A stretch of 64,000 nt of DNA from Candidatus Moraniibacteriota bacterium (GCA_013334575.1 JAAXXG010000003.1:12699-76698); one strand, 5' to 3'. Shown: positions 1-10,321, counted from the stretch's first letter. A program made the numbers and translations. The notes: generated from the letters alone by a model not told the origin.

Positions 1-926
1 GGGATATCCCGTACGAGCGCGTCATCTTCTCGAACTTCGACTGCGATACCGTCGCGCACCCCGAGTATTTTTCGGCGCTCGCGTATCATTACGTGACCGA
101 TCCGGACCGGCTTCGCCGGGCGTACCAGCCGCTCCCCATGTATCACAACAATCTCTGGGATACCAACGCCTTCGTCCGGGTGACGGTCACCGGCTCGTCG
201 TTCTGGCACATGTATCAGGGGACGCGCAAGGAGATGGTCACGTTCTCGTCGCACTCCGAGCCGTTCGATACGCTCGTCCGGGTCGGCTATTGGCCGGTCA
301 ACATGATTTCCGAAGATTCCGTCATTTACTGGAAGGCGTTCTCGTACTTTCACGGCGATTACAAGGTGAAGCTCATCCCGCTCCCGGTCTCGCTCGATGC
401 GGTGCTCGCGGATACCTACGTGAAGACCCTCGGAAACGCGTATAAGCAGAACCGGCGCTGGGCGTACGGCGTAGAGAATTTCCCGGTCATGATGCGGGCG
501 TTCTGGCCGGACCGGAAGATGCCGCTTCGGAAGAAGCTTCGGGTCACGGAGGAGATTCTCGAGGGGCACCTGTCCTGGGCGACGGCTCCGCTCATCCTTT
601 CCTTCCTGGGATGGCTGCCGCTCTTTCTCGGCGGGACCGCGTTCAACGAGAGCGTGCTCGCACACAACCTTCCGGTCGTCACCCGCACCCTCATGACGCT
701 TTCCATGGGCGGACTCGTCACGCTCGTCTTCGTCTCGTTCCTCATGCTGCCGAAGCGGCCGGAACGCTACGGCCCGTGGCGGACGGTCTTCATGTTCGCA
801 CAGTGGTTTCTGGCCCCGTTCGTAGCCCTGCTCATGGCGACTCCCGCACTCGACGCGCAGACGCGTCTTTTGACCGCAAACTACTTCGGAGAGTTCTGGG
901 TGACCGAGAAGGTGCGGAAGAAATAG
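1..926 (+). CDS. Glycosyltransferase family 2, membrane-bound (5'-truncated by the window edge)
   Basis: Open frame from base 3; DxD motif (FDCDT), ISEDS and QNRRW (QxxRW) motifs of processive GT2 enzymes; C-terminal TM helices. Confidence 0.8.
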   Translation, partial: DIPYERVIFSNFDCDTVAHPEYFSALAYHYVTDPDRLRRAYQPLPMYHNNLWDTNAFVRVTVTGSSFWHMYQGTRKEMVTFSSHSEPFDTLVRVGYWPVNMISEDSVIYWKAFSYFHGDYKVKLIPLPVSLDAVLADTYVKTLGNAYKQNRRWAYGVENFPVMMRAFWPDRKMPLRKKLRVTEEILEGHLSWATAPLILSFLGWLPLFLGGTAFNESVLAHNLPVVTRTLMTLSMGGLVTLVFVSFLMLPKRPERYGPWRTVFMFAQWFLAPFVALLMATPALDAQTRLLTANYFGEFWVTEKVRKK

Positions 927-947
927 GGCGCGATCAGGACTCCGCCT

Positions 948-1976
948 ATGGATATTCTCTCGAGTCGGCCGTATCTGTTCCCGTTCCTGTCCGCATTTTT
1001 TCTGTCGGTCCTGTTTCTGTCGTTCGTTCCCGTGCTTGATCGGAGATTCTTGTCGAAGAGGAAAGAGAGCGGGCGTTCCCATAAGCCGCTGCCGCGACTC
1101 GGCGGTGTCGCACTCGTCCTTTCCTTTCTGGTCGCGCTTCTTTTTGAGCGGAGTATCGTCTCGTCAGGTCCGTTCCTCGGTCTCGTTTCGGGCTCCGTAC
1201 TCATCCTTTTCTTCGGTTTCCGGGACGATATCGTGCCGATTCCGTGGCCGGTACAGCTCCTGTTTCAGACGGGTCTCGCGATCCTTCTCTTCATATCCGG
1301 CATGCGAGCCTGGGTCATGACGAACCCGTTCGGAAACCCGGTCTTCCTTCATCCGGAGTCGGTCATCTGGCCGAGCCTGCTGATCGGAGCTTTCTTTACG
1401 CTTCTCATCATGAACGCGATCAACTGGGCCGACGGCGTAGACGGTCTTCTCGGCGGGATCTCGTTTCCGGCGTTCGCCGTTCTCTTTCTCGTGAGTCTTC
1501 GTCCCGAGGTCGGTCAGCCGACGGTCGCGATTCTCTCTGTCATGTTTGCCGGACTCTCGCTCGGGTTGCTCGTCTTCAATGTGCCGCCGGCCAGGCTCCT
1601 GGCCGGAACCGCAGGGTCGTATTTTCTGGGGTTCGGTATCGCCGCTTTAGCGCTCTTCTCGGGCGCCAAGATCGCGACGACCCTTCTGGTACTCTCCGTT
1701 CCGGTTCTCGATGTCTGTTTCGTCATCGCTTCGCGGATTCGCGCGCGGCATTCGCCGTTTCGGGGCGGGGACGAACGGCACCTGCACGACCGGCTTCGCA
1801 ATGCCGGATGGTCCGACGGGGCCATCATGATCTTTTTCACCTTCGTTTCAGCTATTTCGGGTATCGCCGCGCTCGTGTTGCCCGCCATGGGGAAGGCATT
1901 CTTTCTCCTCGCGCTCGGAGCGGGATTCGTATTCTTCGTGTCAAGCCTCGGAAACGTGACAAAAAAGGAAGTATGA
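948..1976 (+). CDS. Undecaprenyl-phosphate GlcNAc-1-phosphate transferase (WecA/TagO/MraY family, Glycos_transf_4)
   Basis: Polytopic membrane protein with PRLGG, GFRDD, NAINWADGVDGL and HLH motifs. Confidence 0.85.
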   Translation: MDILSSRPYLFPFLSAFFLSVLFLSFVPVLDRRFLSKRKESGRSHKPLPRLGGVALVLSFLVALLFERSIVSSGPFLGLVSGSVLILFFGFRDDIVPIPWPVQLLFQTGLAILLFISGMRAWVMTNPFGNPVFLHPESVIWPSLLIGAFFTLLIMNAINWADGVDGLLGGISFPAFAVLFLVSLRPEVGQPTVAILSVMFAGLSLGLLVFNVPPARLLAGTAGSYFLGFGIAALALFSGAKIATTLLVLSVPVLDVCFVIASRIRARHSPFRGGDERHLHDRLRNAGWSDGAIMIFFTFVSAISGIAALVLPAMGKAFFLLALGAGFVFFVSSLGNVTKKEV

Positions 1977-2452
1977 TCCACATTGATCGGAAAGCTCTCC
2001 GCCTTTATGCTCTTGCCATGCTGCCGGTCGTGATCGCTATGGCGTGGTTCGTGCTCCGCTCCGATCATGCGCCCGAAACGGGTGTCGTTCGTGTTTCGCC
2101 CAGAACGATACGCGTAGCGGTCGGCGGACGGGAGTTTTCGGCCGAGGTCGCGGACACGCCTTCGTCGCGGGAACTCGGTCTCGGGAACCGTGATTCGCTC
2201 TGTGATTCGTGCGCGATGCTGTTTCGGTTTGATATGCCCGGGGAATACGGTTTTTGGATGAAGGGTATGCGGTTCCCGCTCGACATCACCTGGATCCGGG
2301 ACGGAAGAATCGTCCATATCGAACGGGAAGTGTCACCGGAGAAGGAGAGGGTGATGCATCCCGGAACGACCGCGACCGAAGTGCTCGAGACGAATGCCGG
2401 CGCACTTTCGGAATCGAAGGAAGGCGATGCTATCGAAATTTCCGCTTCCTGA
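1973..2452 (+). CDS. DUF192 family protein with N-terminal membrane anchor
   Basis: ATGA overlap with the upstream gene; EVADT..SRELGL, MLFRF, FWMKGMRFPLDI, VLETNAG. Confidence 0.85.
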   Translation: MIHIDRKALRLYALAMLPVVIAMAWFVLRSDHAPETGVVRVSPRTIRVAVGGREFSAEVADTPSSRELGLGNRDSLCDSCAMLFRFDMPGEYGFWMKGMRFPLDITWIRDGRIVHIEREVSPEKERVMHPGTTATEVLETNAGALSESKEGDAIEISAS

Positions 2453-2504
2453 AAAAAGATCGGATCGCATGGAAAAGCCTCGTTGTACTCTTCCGACAAC
2501 GAAC

Positions 2505-2529
2505 GAGACGGGGCATGCCCCGTCTCTAC
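2505..2529. repeat. GTAG-type REP-like palindrome (partial copy)
   Basis: GAGACGGGGCATGCCCCGTCTCTAC, identical to the core of 5837-5864. Confidence 0.8.
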
Positions 2530-2572
2530 GGTAAGATAATCGAGTAAGTTTCGGGGTGTCCGGTTTTCCGGC

Positions 2573-4087
2573 TTACTTCTTCCCACTTTCACGCTCCGCG
2601 TCTTCCTCGCGCTGGGCACGGCGGATTTTGGCTTTGGCACTCGAGGTCTTCACGAACCGCAGCCAGTCGGCGTTCGGCTTCTTACGATCCTTGGCGACGA
2701 GAATCTCGACGACCTGGCCGTTTTTGATGACCGAGTCGAGCGGTGCCATCTTGCCGTCGATCTTGGCGCCGACGGCGTGTTCGCCGACCTCGGTATGGAT
2801 GGCATAGGCGAAGTCGACCGGAGTCGCCTCTTCGGGAAGCTCGATGATGTCTCCTTTCGGCGTGAAGGCGAAGATGTGGTTCTTGAAGAACTCGATCTTG
2901 AGACCGCGCAGGAATTCCTCGTCGTCACGACCGACCTCCTTTTGCCATTCGCGCAGCTGGGCGACCCAGGCGACCTCCTTCGGTTTGCCGGTCGTCGCGG
3001 CCTTGCGTCCGAAGACGAACTGTCGCCATCCGCCGCGTTCCTTCTCGGTGTAGATCCAGTGCGCCGCGATGCCGTATTCGGCCTCGTCGTGCATCTTCTG
3101 CGTCCGTATCTGAAGCTCGAAGATCCGGCCTTCCGGACCGAAGACGGTCGTATGGAGGGATTGATAGCCGTTCGGTTTCGGGAGCGAGATATAGTCCTTG
3201 ATGCGGCCGACGAGCGGGCGGTACCGTTTATGGACGGCTCCCAGGGTCTCGTAGCAGTCGACGATCTCGGGGACGATGATGCGGACCGCGATGAGGTCGT
3301 ACACGCGCGAGACTTCCATGTCGTGTTTCTCCAGCTTCCGGAAGAGCCGGTAGAGGTGTTTGGTTCGGCCGTCGATCGCGATGATTTTTATGCCGTCGCC
3401 CTCGAGTTCCTTCCGGAGCTGCTGCATGACGCGCTCAAGGTAGGACTTTCCCTCGCGGATATACGTCTCCTCGACCTTTCGCATCTCCTCGTAGTGTTCC
3501 GGGTCGAGATACCGGAAGGATAGGTCCTCGAGTTCTCCTTTTATCTCGCTGATACCGAGCCGGTTGGCGATCTGCGCGAAGATCTCCATCGTCTCCCGGG
3601 CGATGCGTTGCCGTTTCTCGGGCGGGAGCGCATCGAGCGTGCGCATATTGTGAAGCCGGTCGGCGAGCTTGATGATGACGACACGGATGTCCGACGCCAT
3701 CGCGAGGAACATCTTGCGGAGGTTCTCGAGGAAGTATTCCTCGTGCGAGCCGCGGAGCTTGATCTTGCCGAGCTTGGTGATGCCGTCGACGAGCGAGGCG
3801 ACCTCGGTCCCGAACCGCTTAGAGACCTCCTCGAGGGTGTGTTCGGTATCTTCGGGGACATCGTGAAGCAGGCCGGCCGCGAGGGTTTCCTTGTCCATGC
3901 CCATGTCCGCGAGGATCTTGGCGACGGCGATCGAATGCGTGACGTATGGTTCGCCGGATTTCCGTTCCTGTCCCTCATGGGCCTGCACCGCGAACGTAAA
4001 CGCCTCCTCGATGAAGCGGCGCTCTTCGGTCGAGAAGGGGCGGCGTGATGCCTTGAGGATATTGTCGAGTTCGTGCTTCGGGTTCAT
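2573..4087 (-). CDS. rel: RelA/SpoT family (p)ppGpp synthetase/hydrolase (HD + synthetase + TGS), 504 aa
   Basis: AHEGQERKSGEPY, LLHDVPEDT, IKLADRLHNMRT, RIKDYI..PKPNGYQSLHT, ELQIRT, AEYGIAAHW, TPVDFAYAIHT. Confidence 0.92.
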   Translation of the reverse strand: MNPKHELDNILKASRRPFSTEERRFIEEAFTFAVQAHEGQERKSGEPYVTHSIAVAKILADMGMDKETLAAGLLHDVPEDTEHTLEEVSKRFGTEVASLVDGITKLGKIKLRGSHEEYFLENLRKMFLAMASDIRVVIIKLADRLHNMRTLDALPPEKRQRIARETMEIFAQIANRLGISEIKGELEDLSFRYLDPEHYEEMRKVEETYIREGKSYLERVMQQLRKELEGDGIKIIAIDGRTKHLYRLFRKLEKHDMEVSRVYDLIAVRIIVPEIVDCYETLGAVHKRYRPLVGRIKDYISLPKPNGYQSLHTTVFGPEGRIFELQIRTQKMHDEAEYGIAAHWIYTEKERGGWRQFVFGRKAATTGKPKEVAWVAQLREWQKEVGRDDEEFLRGLKIEFFKNHIFAFTPKGDIIELPEEATPVDFAYAIHTEVGEHAVGAKIDGKMAPLDSVIKNGQVVEILVAKDRKKPNADWLRFVKTSSAKAKIRRAQREEDAERESGKK

Positions 4088-4225
4088 TGGGGTTCGTGTT
4101 CCGGATTCCGTCCATCTTACTATACGGAGGAAAGCCTTCCTTTCGCAAGTTTCCATTCGGAGGGACTTGATTTTTCCGGGGAATGCGGTATAATCCGTCA
4201 GTCCGTAACCATTCACCGAAGCGGT

Positions 4226-5644
4226 ATGCAGCAGGGAAAGAAGACGAAGATCGTCGCGACCATCGGTCCGGCGACGACCAGCGAAGCGGTCCTGACGAAA
4301 CTCGTGAAGTCCGGCCTCAACGTCATGCGACTCAACTTCTCGCACGGCGACTTTGCCGAACATCAGGAGAAAGTCGATAACCTCCGGAAGGTCACGGAAA
4401 AGCTCGGCACCCCGGTCGCGGTCCTGCAGGACCTTTCCGGTCCGAAGATCCGTATCGGCGATTTCTATAAGGAGCGCGTCATCCTCAAGGAGGGGGACGA
4501 GTTCGTTCTCACGACCGAGAAGTGCGTCGGCGACGAACATCGCGCGTACATCAACTATCCGAAGCTTCCGGCCGAGATCGAGGTCGGGCGTTTCATCATG
4601 GTCGACGACGGCAAGAAGAAGCTCCAGGTGCTTTCCGTGAAGGGGAACGAGATCCGGACGAAGATCATCGTCGGCGGCGAGACCAAGGGACGCCGCGGCG
4701 TGAACCTGCCCGGTACCGACCTCTCGATCAGCTCGCTTACCGCGAAAGACAAGAAGGACATCGAGTTCGGCGTGAAGAACAGGGTGGACTTCATGGCGCT
4801 CTCGTTCGTGCGTCGCGCGTCGGATGTTCACGAGCTCCGTCGCATCCTCGAGAAGAAGGGGCTTCCGGCGCAGATCGTCGTGAAGCTCGAGACGACGCAG
4901 GCGATGGACAACCTCGAGGAGATCATCCGTGCGACCGACGCGGTCATGGTGGCGCGCGGCGACCTCGCGGTCGAGGTGCCGGCCGAACAGGTGCCGCTCC
5001 TCCAGAAGCGGATCGTCCAGATGTCGCGCGAGCTCGGCAAGCCGGTCATCGTCGCGACGCAGATGCTCGAGTCGATGATCAACTCGCCGGTGCCGACGCG
5101 CGCCGAGGTGAGCGACGTGGCAAACGCCATCCTCGACGGTGCCGACGCGGTCATGCTCTCCGAGGAGACGACGCTCGGCAAGTATCCGGTCGAGGCGGTC
5201 TCGATGATGTCCAAGGTGGCCATGGAAGTCGAGGCGGCCCCGTATACCCGTCCGGTCATCAACGGCGATGAGCTTGACCTCGATTCCGTCGCCGAATCGG
5301 TCTCCGAGGCGGTCGAATTCGTGGCGTATTCCGTCGATGCCAAGGCGATTGTCGCCCTGTCGCAGTCCGGGTTCACGATGCGTGCCATCTCGCGCTACCG
5401 ACCGGATCAGCCGATCGTCGTGCTGACGCCCGACGAGCGGACGGTCCGTCGCGCCTGTCTCTCTTACGGCTGCTACGGCTATCATGTCGATTCCTTCAAG
5501 GAGATTTCGGAAGCGGTCGCCGAGGCATCGGCGATCCTGAAGAAGGAGAAGTACGCCAAGAAGGGCGACCGGTTCGTCGTTTCCGGCGGAGCACCGCTCG
5601 GCAAGGGCGGCGAGACGAACTTCGTCATGGTCCGGACGGCATAG
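4226..5644 (+). CDS. pyk: Pyruvate kinase
   Basis: KTKIVATIGP, RLNFSHG, DLSGPKIR, MVARGDLAVE, ATQMLESM, PTRAEVSDVANA. Confidence 0.97.
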   Translation: MQQGKKTKIVATIGPATTSEAVLTKLVKSGLNVMRLNFSHGDFAEHQEKVDNLRKVTEKLGTPVAVLQDLSGPKIRIGDFYKERVILKEGDEFVLTTEKCVGDEHRAYINYPKLPAEIEVGRFIMVDDGKKKLQVLSVKGNEIRTKIIVGGETKGRRGVNLPGTDLSISSLTAKDKKDIEFGVKNRVDFMALSFVRRASDVHELRRILEKKGLPAQIVVKLETTQAMDNLEEIIRATDAVMVARGDLAVEVPAEQVPLLQKRIVQMSRELGKPVIVATQMLESMINSPVPTRAEVSDVANAILDGADAVMLSEETTLGKYPVEAVSMMSKVAMEVEAAPYTRPVINGDELDLDSVAESVSEAVEFVAYSVDAKAIVALSQSGFTMRAISRYRPDQPIVVLTPDERTVRRACLSYGCYGYHVDSFKEISEAVAEASAILKKEKYAKKGDRFVVSGGAPLGKGGETNFVMVRTA

Positions 5645-5646
5645 TC

Positions 5647-5679
5647 GAATCTCCAATTTCGAATTTTGAATCTCGAAAC
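5647..5679. repeat. Degenerate heptamer tandem repeat
   Basis: GAATCTC CAATTTC GAATTTT GAATCTC GAAAC directly after the pyk stop. Confidence 0.6.
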
Positions 5680-5775
5680 GGGGAAATCGCAGTCGATTGG
5701 GCTTAGCGAAGTAATCTTGTCGAGAGAGTCGGAGTACGTTCCACGGTTTCGGTTTTGTGGTGATATGTGATGAAC

Positions 5776-5864
5776 GTAGAGACGCCCCACCGGGGCGTCT
5801 TTTGTACTTATCGGAATAGAAGAAAATCGCCTTCTTGTAGAGACGGGGCATGCCCCGTCTCTAC
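5776..5864. repeat. Pair of GTAG-type REP-like palindromes
   Basis: GTAGAGACGCCCCACCGGGGCGTCT at 5776 and the perfect 28-bp palindrome GTAGAGACGGGGCATGCCCCGTCTCTAC at 5837-5864. Confidence 0.8.
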
Positions 5865-6007
5865 CGGAAACATGAACAGCGTGTAGTCCAAAAACCGCAC
5901 TTATGGTCGAAATCGATTTTCAAAAATCGAAATCAATAATAGTCATTTTTTACGGCTTATATAAGCTGTAATTTTCAGACGAAATTAGATTTAGAAATTT
6001 GAAATCG

Positions 6008-6045
6008 AAAAAACAGACCCTGATTCGTTTTAGGGCCTGTTTTTT
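6008..6045. terminator. Bidirectional intrinsic terminator after topA
   Basis: AAAAAACAGACCCT-loop-AGGGCCTGTTTTTT hairpin with A and T tails. Confidence 0.65.
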
Positions 6046-6052
6046 CGCGTTC

Positions 6053-8212
6053 CTATTTCTTCTCCATCTTGTGCGGGTTGTGGTTTGGGCACGATTTATC
6101 TGAACATCGTTCCGGGATGGTTTTCGTGCCTTCCATCATGAGCGCGCCGCAGAGGGGACAGAGCGCGCCGGTCGGCTTGGCCTTGATGGCGTTCTTGCAG
6201 TCGGGGTAGTTGGAGCAGGAATAGAACGTGCCGAATCGGCCGCGTTTCTCGACCATCTCTCCCTTGCCACACTTCGGGCATTTCACCCCGGTCGTCGGCT
6301 GTGATGAAGCATCCTTCTTGATGTACTTGCACTTGGGGTAGTTTCCGCAGGAAACGAACGTTCCGTAGCGGCCCTGCCGTTCGACGAGGTCGCCGCCGCA
6401 GTCGGGGCACTTCTCGCCGGTCGGCTTCGGTCCTTCGATCTCCTTACCTTCCATCGTGAGGGCTCCGTCGCAGTCCGGATACTTCGAGCAGGAAAGGAAC
6501 TTCCCGGACTTGCCGAGTTTGATGACCATCGAGGATCCGCACTTCGGGCACTTGTGCTTCTCGTCGGCTTCGCCGAGATGGGTCGCCTTGCCGGTTTCCT
6601 TGTCCTTCCGCTTCACGGCCTTCGCGAAGGGGCCGTAGAAGTCGCCGAGCGTCTTGGCATAGTCACGTTTCCCGTCTGCGATCTCGTCGAGTTCGTCCTC
6701 CATCTCCGCGGTCAGCGTGTCCGAGACGACGTCCGGAAAATGATCGGACAGGAATCCGTCCACGACCTCGCCGGTCTCGGTCGCCCGAAGCGCGCGGCCT
6801 TCCTTTTCGACATACTGCCGATCGATCAGCGTCTTGAGGATCGAGGCATAGGTCGACGGCCGTCCGAGGCCGCGTTTCTCGAGTTCCTTCACGAGTCCCG
6901 CTTCGGAATAGCGTTTCGGAGGCTCCGTCTGCTTCTCCTCGTCGCGGATATCGGTGAGCGAGAGCGGTTCGCCGGCATGTAATTTCGGCAGTTCGACGTC
7001 GTCGCGGCGCGCGTCCGGGTCGGCGGCGAGCCATCCTGGCGTGACGAGGCGCGAACCGGTCACCGCGAAATCGGGGAGCGCGCGGTCCGTCGTGTTGGCG
7101 ACGACCTTGGTGCGGAGGAGCTCGGCCGGCTTCATCTGCGAGGCGAGCGTGCGCGTGCGGATGAGTCGGTAGAGTTTCAGCTGGTCGGCCGGGAGCGCGG
7201 GGAGTTTTCCGAACGAGGTCGGCCGGATCGCTTCGTGTGCCTCCTGCGCGTTCTTTGATTTCGTCTTGTAACGCCGGATTGAGAGCGCATCCTCGCCGAA
7301 GGCGGATTTCACTGCCGCGGCGATATGGCCGATCGCCTCCTCGGAGAGCGAAACGCTGTCGGTACGCATGTAGGTGATGTGTCCCGCCTCGTAGAGTCGC
7401 TGGGCGAGTCGCATGGTGTTGCTTGGCGAGAAGCCGAGTCGCGAGCTCGCAGCCTGCTGCAGGGTCGAGGTCGTGAACGGAGCCGACGGGTTGCGTAGGA
7501 CTTCCGTCTCGTTCACCGAGACGACCTCCCAGTCTTTCGACTTCGCGAGCGAGAGGATCCGGTCGACCTCCTTCCGGTCGCGCGGCTCTTCGGAGCAGAG
7601 GAGTTCGAGTGCTTCCTTCTTTCCGGTTCTGCAGGACGCGGCGATCTTCCAGAACGTCTCGGGTACGAAGGCGCGGATCTCGCGCTCGCGCTGCGCGACG
7701 ATGTGGAGTGCCGGCGATTGTACCCGGCCGGCCGAGAGGCCGTATCGGACCTTTTTCCAGATAAGGCCGGAAAGGTCGTAGCCGACGAGCCGGTCGAGGA
7801 CGCGGCGGGCCTCCTGTGCCTTGCGGAGGTTCTCGTCGAGCGCGCGCGGTTCCTTGAGGGCTGCCCGGATGCCGCTCTCGGTGATCTCGTGGAAGAGGAC
7901 CCGTTTCGGAGACTTCAGTCCGCAGGCTTCGACGAGGTGCCAGGCGATCGCCTCACCTTCTCGGTCGGGGTCGGTCGCGAGCAGGATTTCCGCATTCTTC
8001 TTCGCGAGGCTGCGGATCTCGCTGACCACCTTCTCTTTGCCGGGGATCGTCTCGTAGCGGGGCACGAAACCCGCCTCGACGTCGATGGCGTTCCTGTTGG
8101 ATTTCGGCAGGTCCCGGACGTGACCGACCGAGGCGACCACGGCATAGTCCTTACCGAGGTATTTTCCTATAGTTTTGGCCTTGGAGGGAGACTCGACGAT
8201 AAGGAGTGGCAT
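6053..8212 (-). CDS. topA: DNA topoisomerase I with C-terminal zinc ribbons
   Basis: LLIVESPSKAKTI, ATDPDREGEAIAWH, SAGRVQS, ITYMRTDS, QEAHEAIRPT, GRPSTY, several CPxC..C zinc fingers. Confidence 0.97.
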   Translation of the reverse strand: MPLLIVESPSKAKTIGKYLGKDYAVVASVGHVRDLPKSNRNAIDVEAGFVPRYETIPGKEKVVSEIRSLAKKNAEILLATDPDREGEAIAWHLVEACGLKSPKRVLFHEITESGIRAALKEPRALDENLRKAQEARRVLDRLVGYDLSGLIWKKVRYGLSAGRVQSPALHIVAQREREIRAFVPETFWKIAASCRTGKKEALELLCSEEPRDRKEVDRILSLAKSKDWEVVSVNETEVLRNPSAPFTTSTLQQAASSRLGFSPSNTMRLAQRLYEAGHITYMRTDSVSLSEEAIGHIAAAVKSAFGEDALSIRRYKTKSKNAQEAHEAIRPTSFGKLPALPADQLKLYRLIRTRTLASQMKPAELLRTKVVANTTDRALPDFAVTGSRLVTPGWLAADPDARRDDVELPKLHAGEPLSLTDIRDEEKQTEPPKRYSEAGLVKELEKRGLGRPSTYASILKTLIDRQYVEKEGRALRATETGEVVDGFLSDHFPDVVSDTLTAEMEDELDEIADGKRDYAKTLGDFYGPFAKAVKRKDKETGKATHLGEADEKHKCPKCGSSMVIKLGKSGKFLSCSKYPDCDGALTMEGKEIEGPKPTGEKCPDCGGDLVERQGRYGTFVSCGNYPKCKYIKKDASSQPTTGVKCPKCGKGEMVEKRGRFGTFYSCSNYPDCKNAIKAKPTGALCPLCGALMMEGTKTIPERCSDKSCPNHNPHKMEKK

Positions 8213-8237
8213 AGGCGTTCGGGATGGATGTTTTCCA

Positions 8238-9032
8238 CTATACAAGTTTGCGGAGTTCCGGCAAAGCCGCCGTCGCGGCGCGCTCACCTTCTTCGATCAG
8301 CTCGTGCGCCCTGGTGAACCGGTGCCATCGGGCGCCGGCGACCCGGGGCGCGATCATGACGTCCGCGGTCCGGGCGTCCATCGAGGCGAGGTGGTGTCGG
8401 AGGATGTTGAGCGACCGGTCGGCGATATCGGGGAGGCGGAAGTCCTCCTCCTCTCCCGGATGGTGGTGGTTGAGATTGACCGCGATGACCGTGTCGGATC
8501 CCATCCTCCGTACGGTTTCGACCGGTACCGGCGACGAGAGACCGCCGTCGGCGAGCAGTCGTCCTCCGATCCGGACCGGACGGAAGACGAGCGGGACGGA
8601 GATGCTCGCGCGGATGGCGGCTGCCATAGGGCCGCGATCGAGCACGACGGCCTCTCCGGTCCGCAGGTCGGTCGCTACGGCAGCGAATGGGAGGCGGCAT
8701 TCCTCTATCAGTCCGCCTCCGATGCGTTCGTCGAGGAATCGTTTTACCTTGTCGCCGCGGATGAGACCCTGCCGGATATGCGGGTCGAGGAGCGAGAAGA
8801 GAAGTTTCCAGTCCGCAGCGGTGGCGAGCGTCTCAATCTCATCGACCCGCATGCCGGTCGCGTAGAGACCGCCGATGACCGCGCCGATGCTCGATCCGGC
8901 GATCGCATCTATCGGAATACGTTCGCGTTCGAGGATCTTGAGCACCCCGATGATGGAGAGTCCCTTCGCACTGCCGCTTCCGAGCGCGAGTCCGACCGTG
9001 CGTTTCGATGAATGGACCGTTCCGTTGCTCAT
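8238..9032 (-). CDS. Patatin-like phospholipase (RssA/NTE type)
   Basis: LALGSGSAKG, GSSIG nucleophile elbow, DGG motif. Confidence 0.9.
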   Translation of the reverse strand: MSNGTVHSSKRTVGLALGSGSAKGLSIIGVLKILERERIPIDAIAGSSIGAVIGGLYATGMRVDEIETLATAADWKLLFSLLDPHIRQGLIRGDKVKRFLDERIGGGLIEECRLPFAAVATDLRTGEAVVLDRGPMAAAIRASISVPLVFRPVRIGGRLLADGGLSSPVPVETVRRMGSDTVIAVNLNHHHPGEEEDFRLPDIADRSLNILRHHLASMDARTADVMIAPRVAGARWHRFTRAHELIEEGERAATAALPELRKLV

Positions 9033-10123
9033 GTCCGTATATAGTTCATGCCGCCCAGGTTCCTGGCGAGTCCGCGGATCTCGAGCATCGTGAGCGCGGA
9101 TCCCGCCTCGGCTGTCACAAGATGCGACAACTTTATGATCCCGTCAACCTGGACGGGCTCGTGCGAGAGGAGCGAGAGGACCTTCCGTTCCGCTTCAGAA
9201 AGGTCGTCCGGAGCCGGGGTCGGCGCCGTTTCCGAGGCTCGCGAAACGTCACGGAGGGGGAGTTCCTCGAGGATGTCGGATACGCCGCGGACGAGCTTGG
9301 CGCCCTGTCGGATGAGGCCATTGGTGCCCGTCGAGGCGGGGGAGAAGATGGAGCCCGGAACCGCGAAGACGTCGCGACCGCATTCGAGTGCGTGGTCCGC
9401 GGTGATGAGCGAGCCGCTCTTCTCGGCGGCCTCGACGACGACTACGCCCTGCGAGAGCGCGGCAATGATCCGGTTCCGTGCCGGGAATGTTCCCCTGCCG
9501 GCCGGGGTGCCGGGCGGATATTCCGACAGAATCGCGCCCTGTTCCATGATGCGCCGGGCGAGCGGGAGATGTTCCTTCGGATGAATCGACGCGTCGTCAA
9601 GCCCGTTACCGAGGACCGCGACCGTCGTGCCGCCTTCGCGGAGCGTGGCGCCGTGCGCGACCGAATCGATGCCGTAGGCGAGGCCTGACACGACGACGAT
9701 ACCTGCGCGGGCGAGGTCTCCGGCGATACGTTCCGCGGCCTGGCGACCATAGGCGGTGTGTCGTCGCGAGCCGACGATCGCGACCATGGGCCGGTTCCAT
9801 CCGTCGAAATTGCCGCGCGCATAGAGGAGTGAGACGGGGAACGGCGCTTCACGTAAAAGAGAGGGGAATCCCGGGTCGGCCGGGATCAGGATGCGGATGT
9901 TTGATTTCTCGAGCTCCCGTTCCTCGTGCCGCGGGTCGATATCCCGGCGTCCCGAAACGATGGCCTCGAGCGTGTCGCGGCTCATGCCGGTTCCGGCAAG
10001 CGCCCGTTCGTCCGAATCCCACGCCTCCTTGCCGGACGGGAAGGCGGCCATGAGCGATCGGAGCCGGGTCTGTCCGATGCCGGGAATCTTCCGGAAACAG
10101 TGCCAGTAGATGGAGTCGTCCAT
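9029..10123 (-). CDS. dprA: DNA-protecting protein DprA
   Basis: VAIVGSR, VSGLAYGIDS.AH, FPARNRIIA, VVEAAEKSGSLITA, C-terminal winged helix. Confidence 0.96.
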   Translation of the reverse strand: MDDSIYWHCFRKIPGIGQTRLRSLMAAFPSGKEAWDSDERALAGTGMSRDTLEAIVSGRRDIDPRHEERELEKSNIRILIPADPGFPSLLREAPFPVSLLYARGNFDGWNRPMVAIVGSRRHTAYGRQAAERIAGDLARAGIVVVSGLAYGIDSVAHGATLREGGTTVAVLGNGLDDASIHPKEHLPLARRIMEQGAILSEYPPGTPAGRGTFPARNRIIAALSQGVVVVEAAEKSGSLITADHALECGRDVFAVPGSIFSPASTGTNGLIRQGAKLVRGVSDILEELPLRDVSRASETAPTPAPDDLSEAERKVLSLLSHEPVQVDGIIKLSHLVTAEAGSALTMLEIRGLARNLGGMNYIRT

Positions 10124-10321
10124 AGTCAGTCAGCAGATAACAGTCAACGGGAAACGACGAACAAGAGCCGGGAAGCATGAGCCGGGAAGTACGGAATAGG
10201 GAACAGTGAATGCGATACGTAGGAGGATGATCCCTCCTGTTTATTGTTCATTGAGACCTGTTCACTGACATCATAGACAAATCCCTTCCGTTGGGCTAGG
10301 ATACGGGAGAAATATGGGGGT

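Noticed and set aside
1244-2452. 402-aa ORF here, and similarly the 607-aa ORF at 21822-23645, as long fusion proteins
   Set aside because: The extensions overlap real upstream genes in another frame; ATGA-coupled starts at 1973 and 22680 fit better.
2573-5851. 1092-aa minus-strand ORF suggesting a giant Rel fusion
   Set aside because: The N-terminal 588 codons are mostly the stop-free antisense frame of high-GC pyk; Rel homology starts at 4087.
5880-6000. dif/Xer-like site in the AT-rich gap between pyk and topA (e.g. CTGTAATTTTC, CCAAAAACCGCACTTATGG)
   Set aside because: Only weak partial resemblance to known dif arms and no lasting switch in gene orientation; not supportable by eye.
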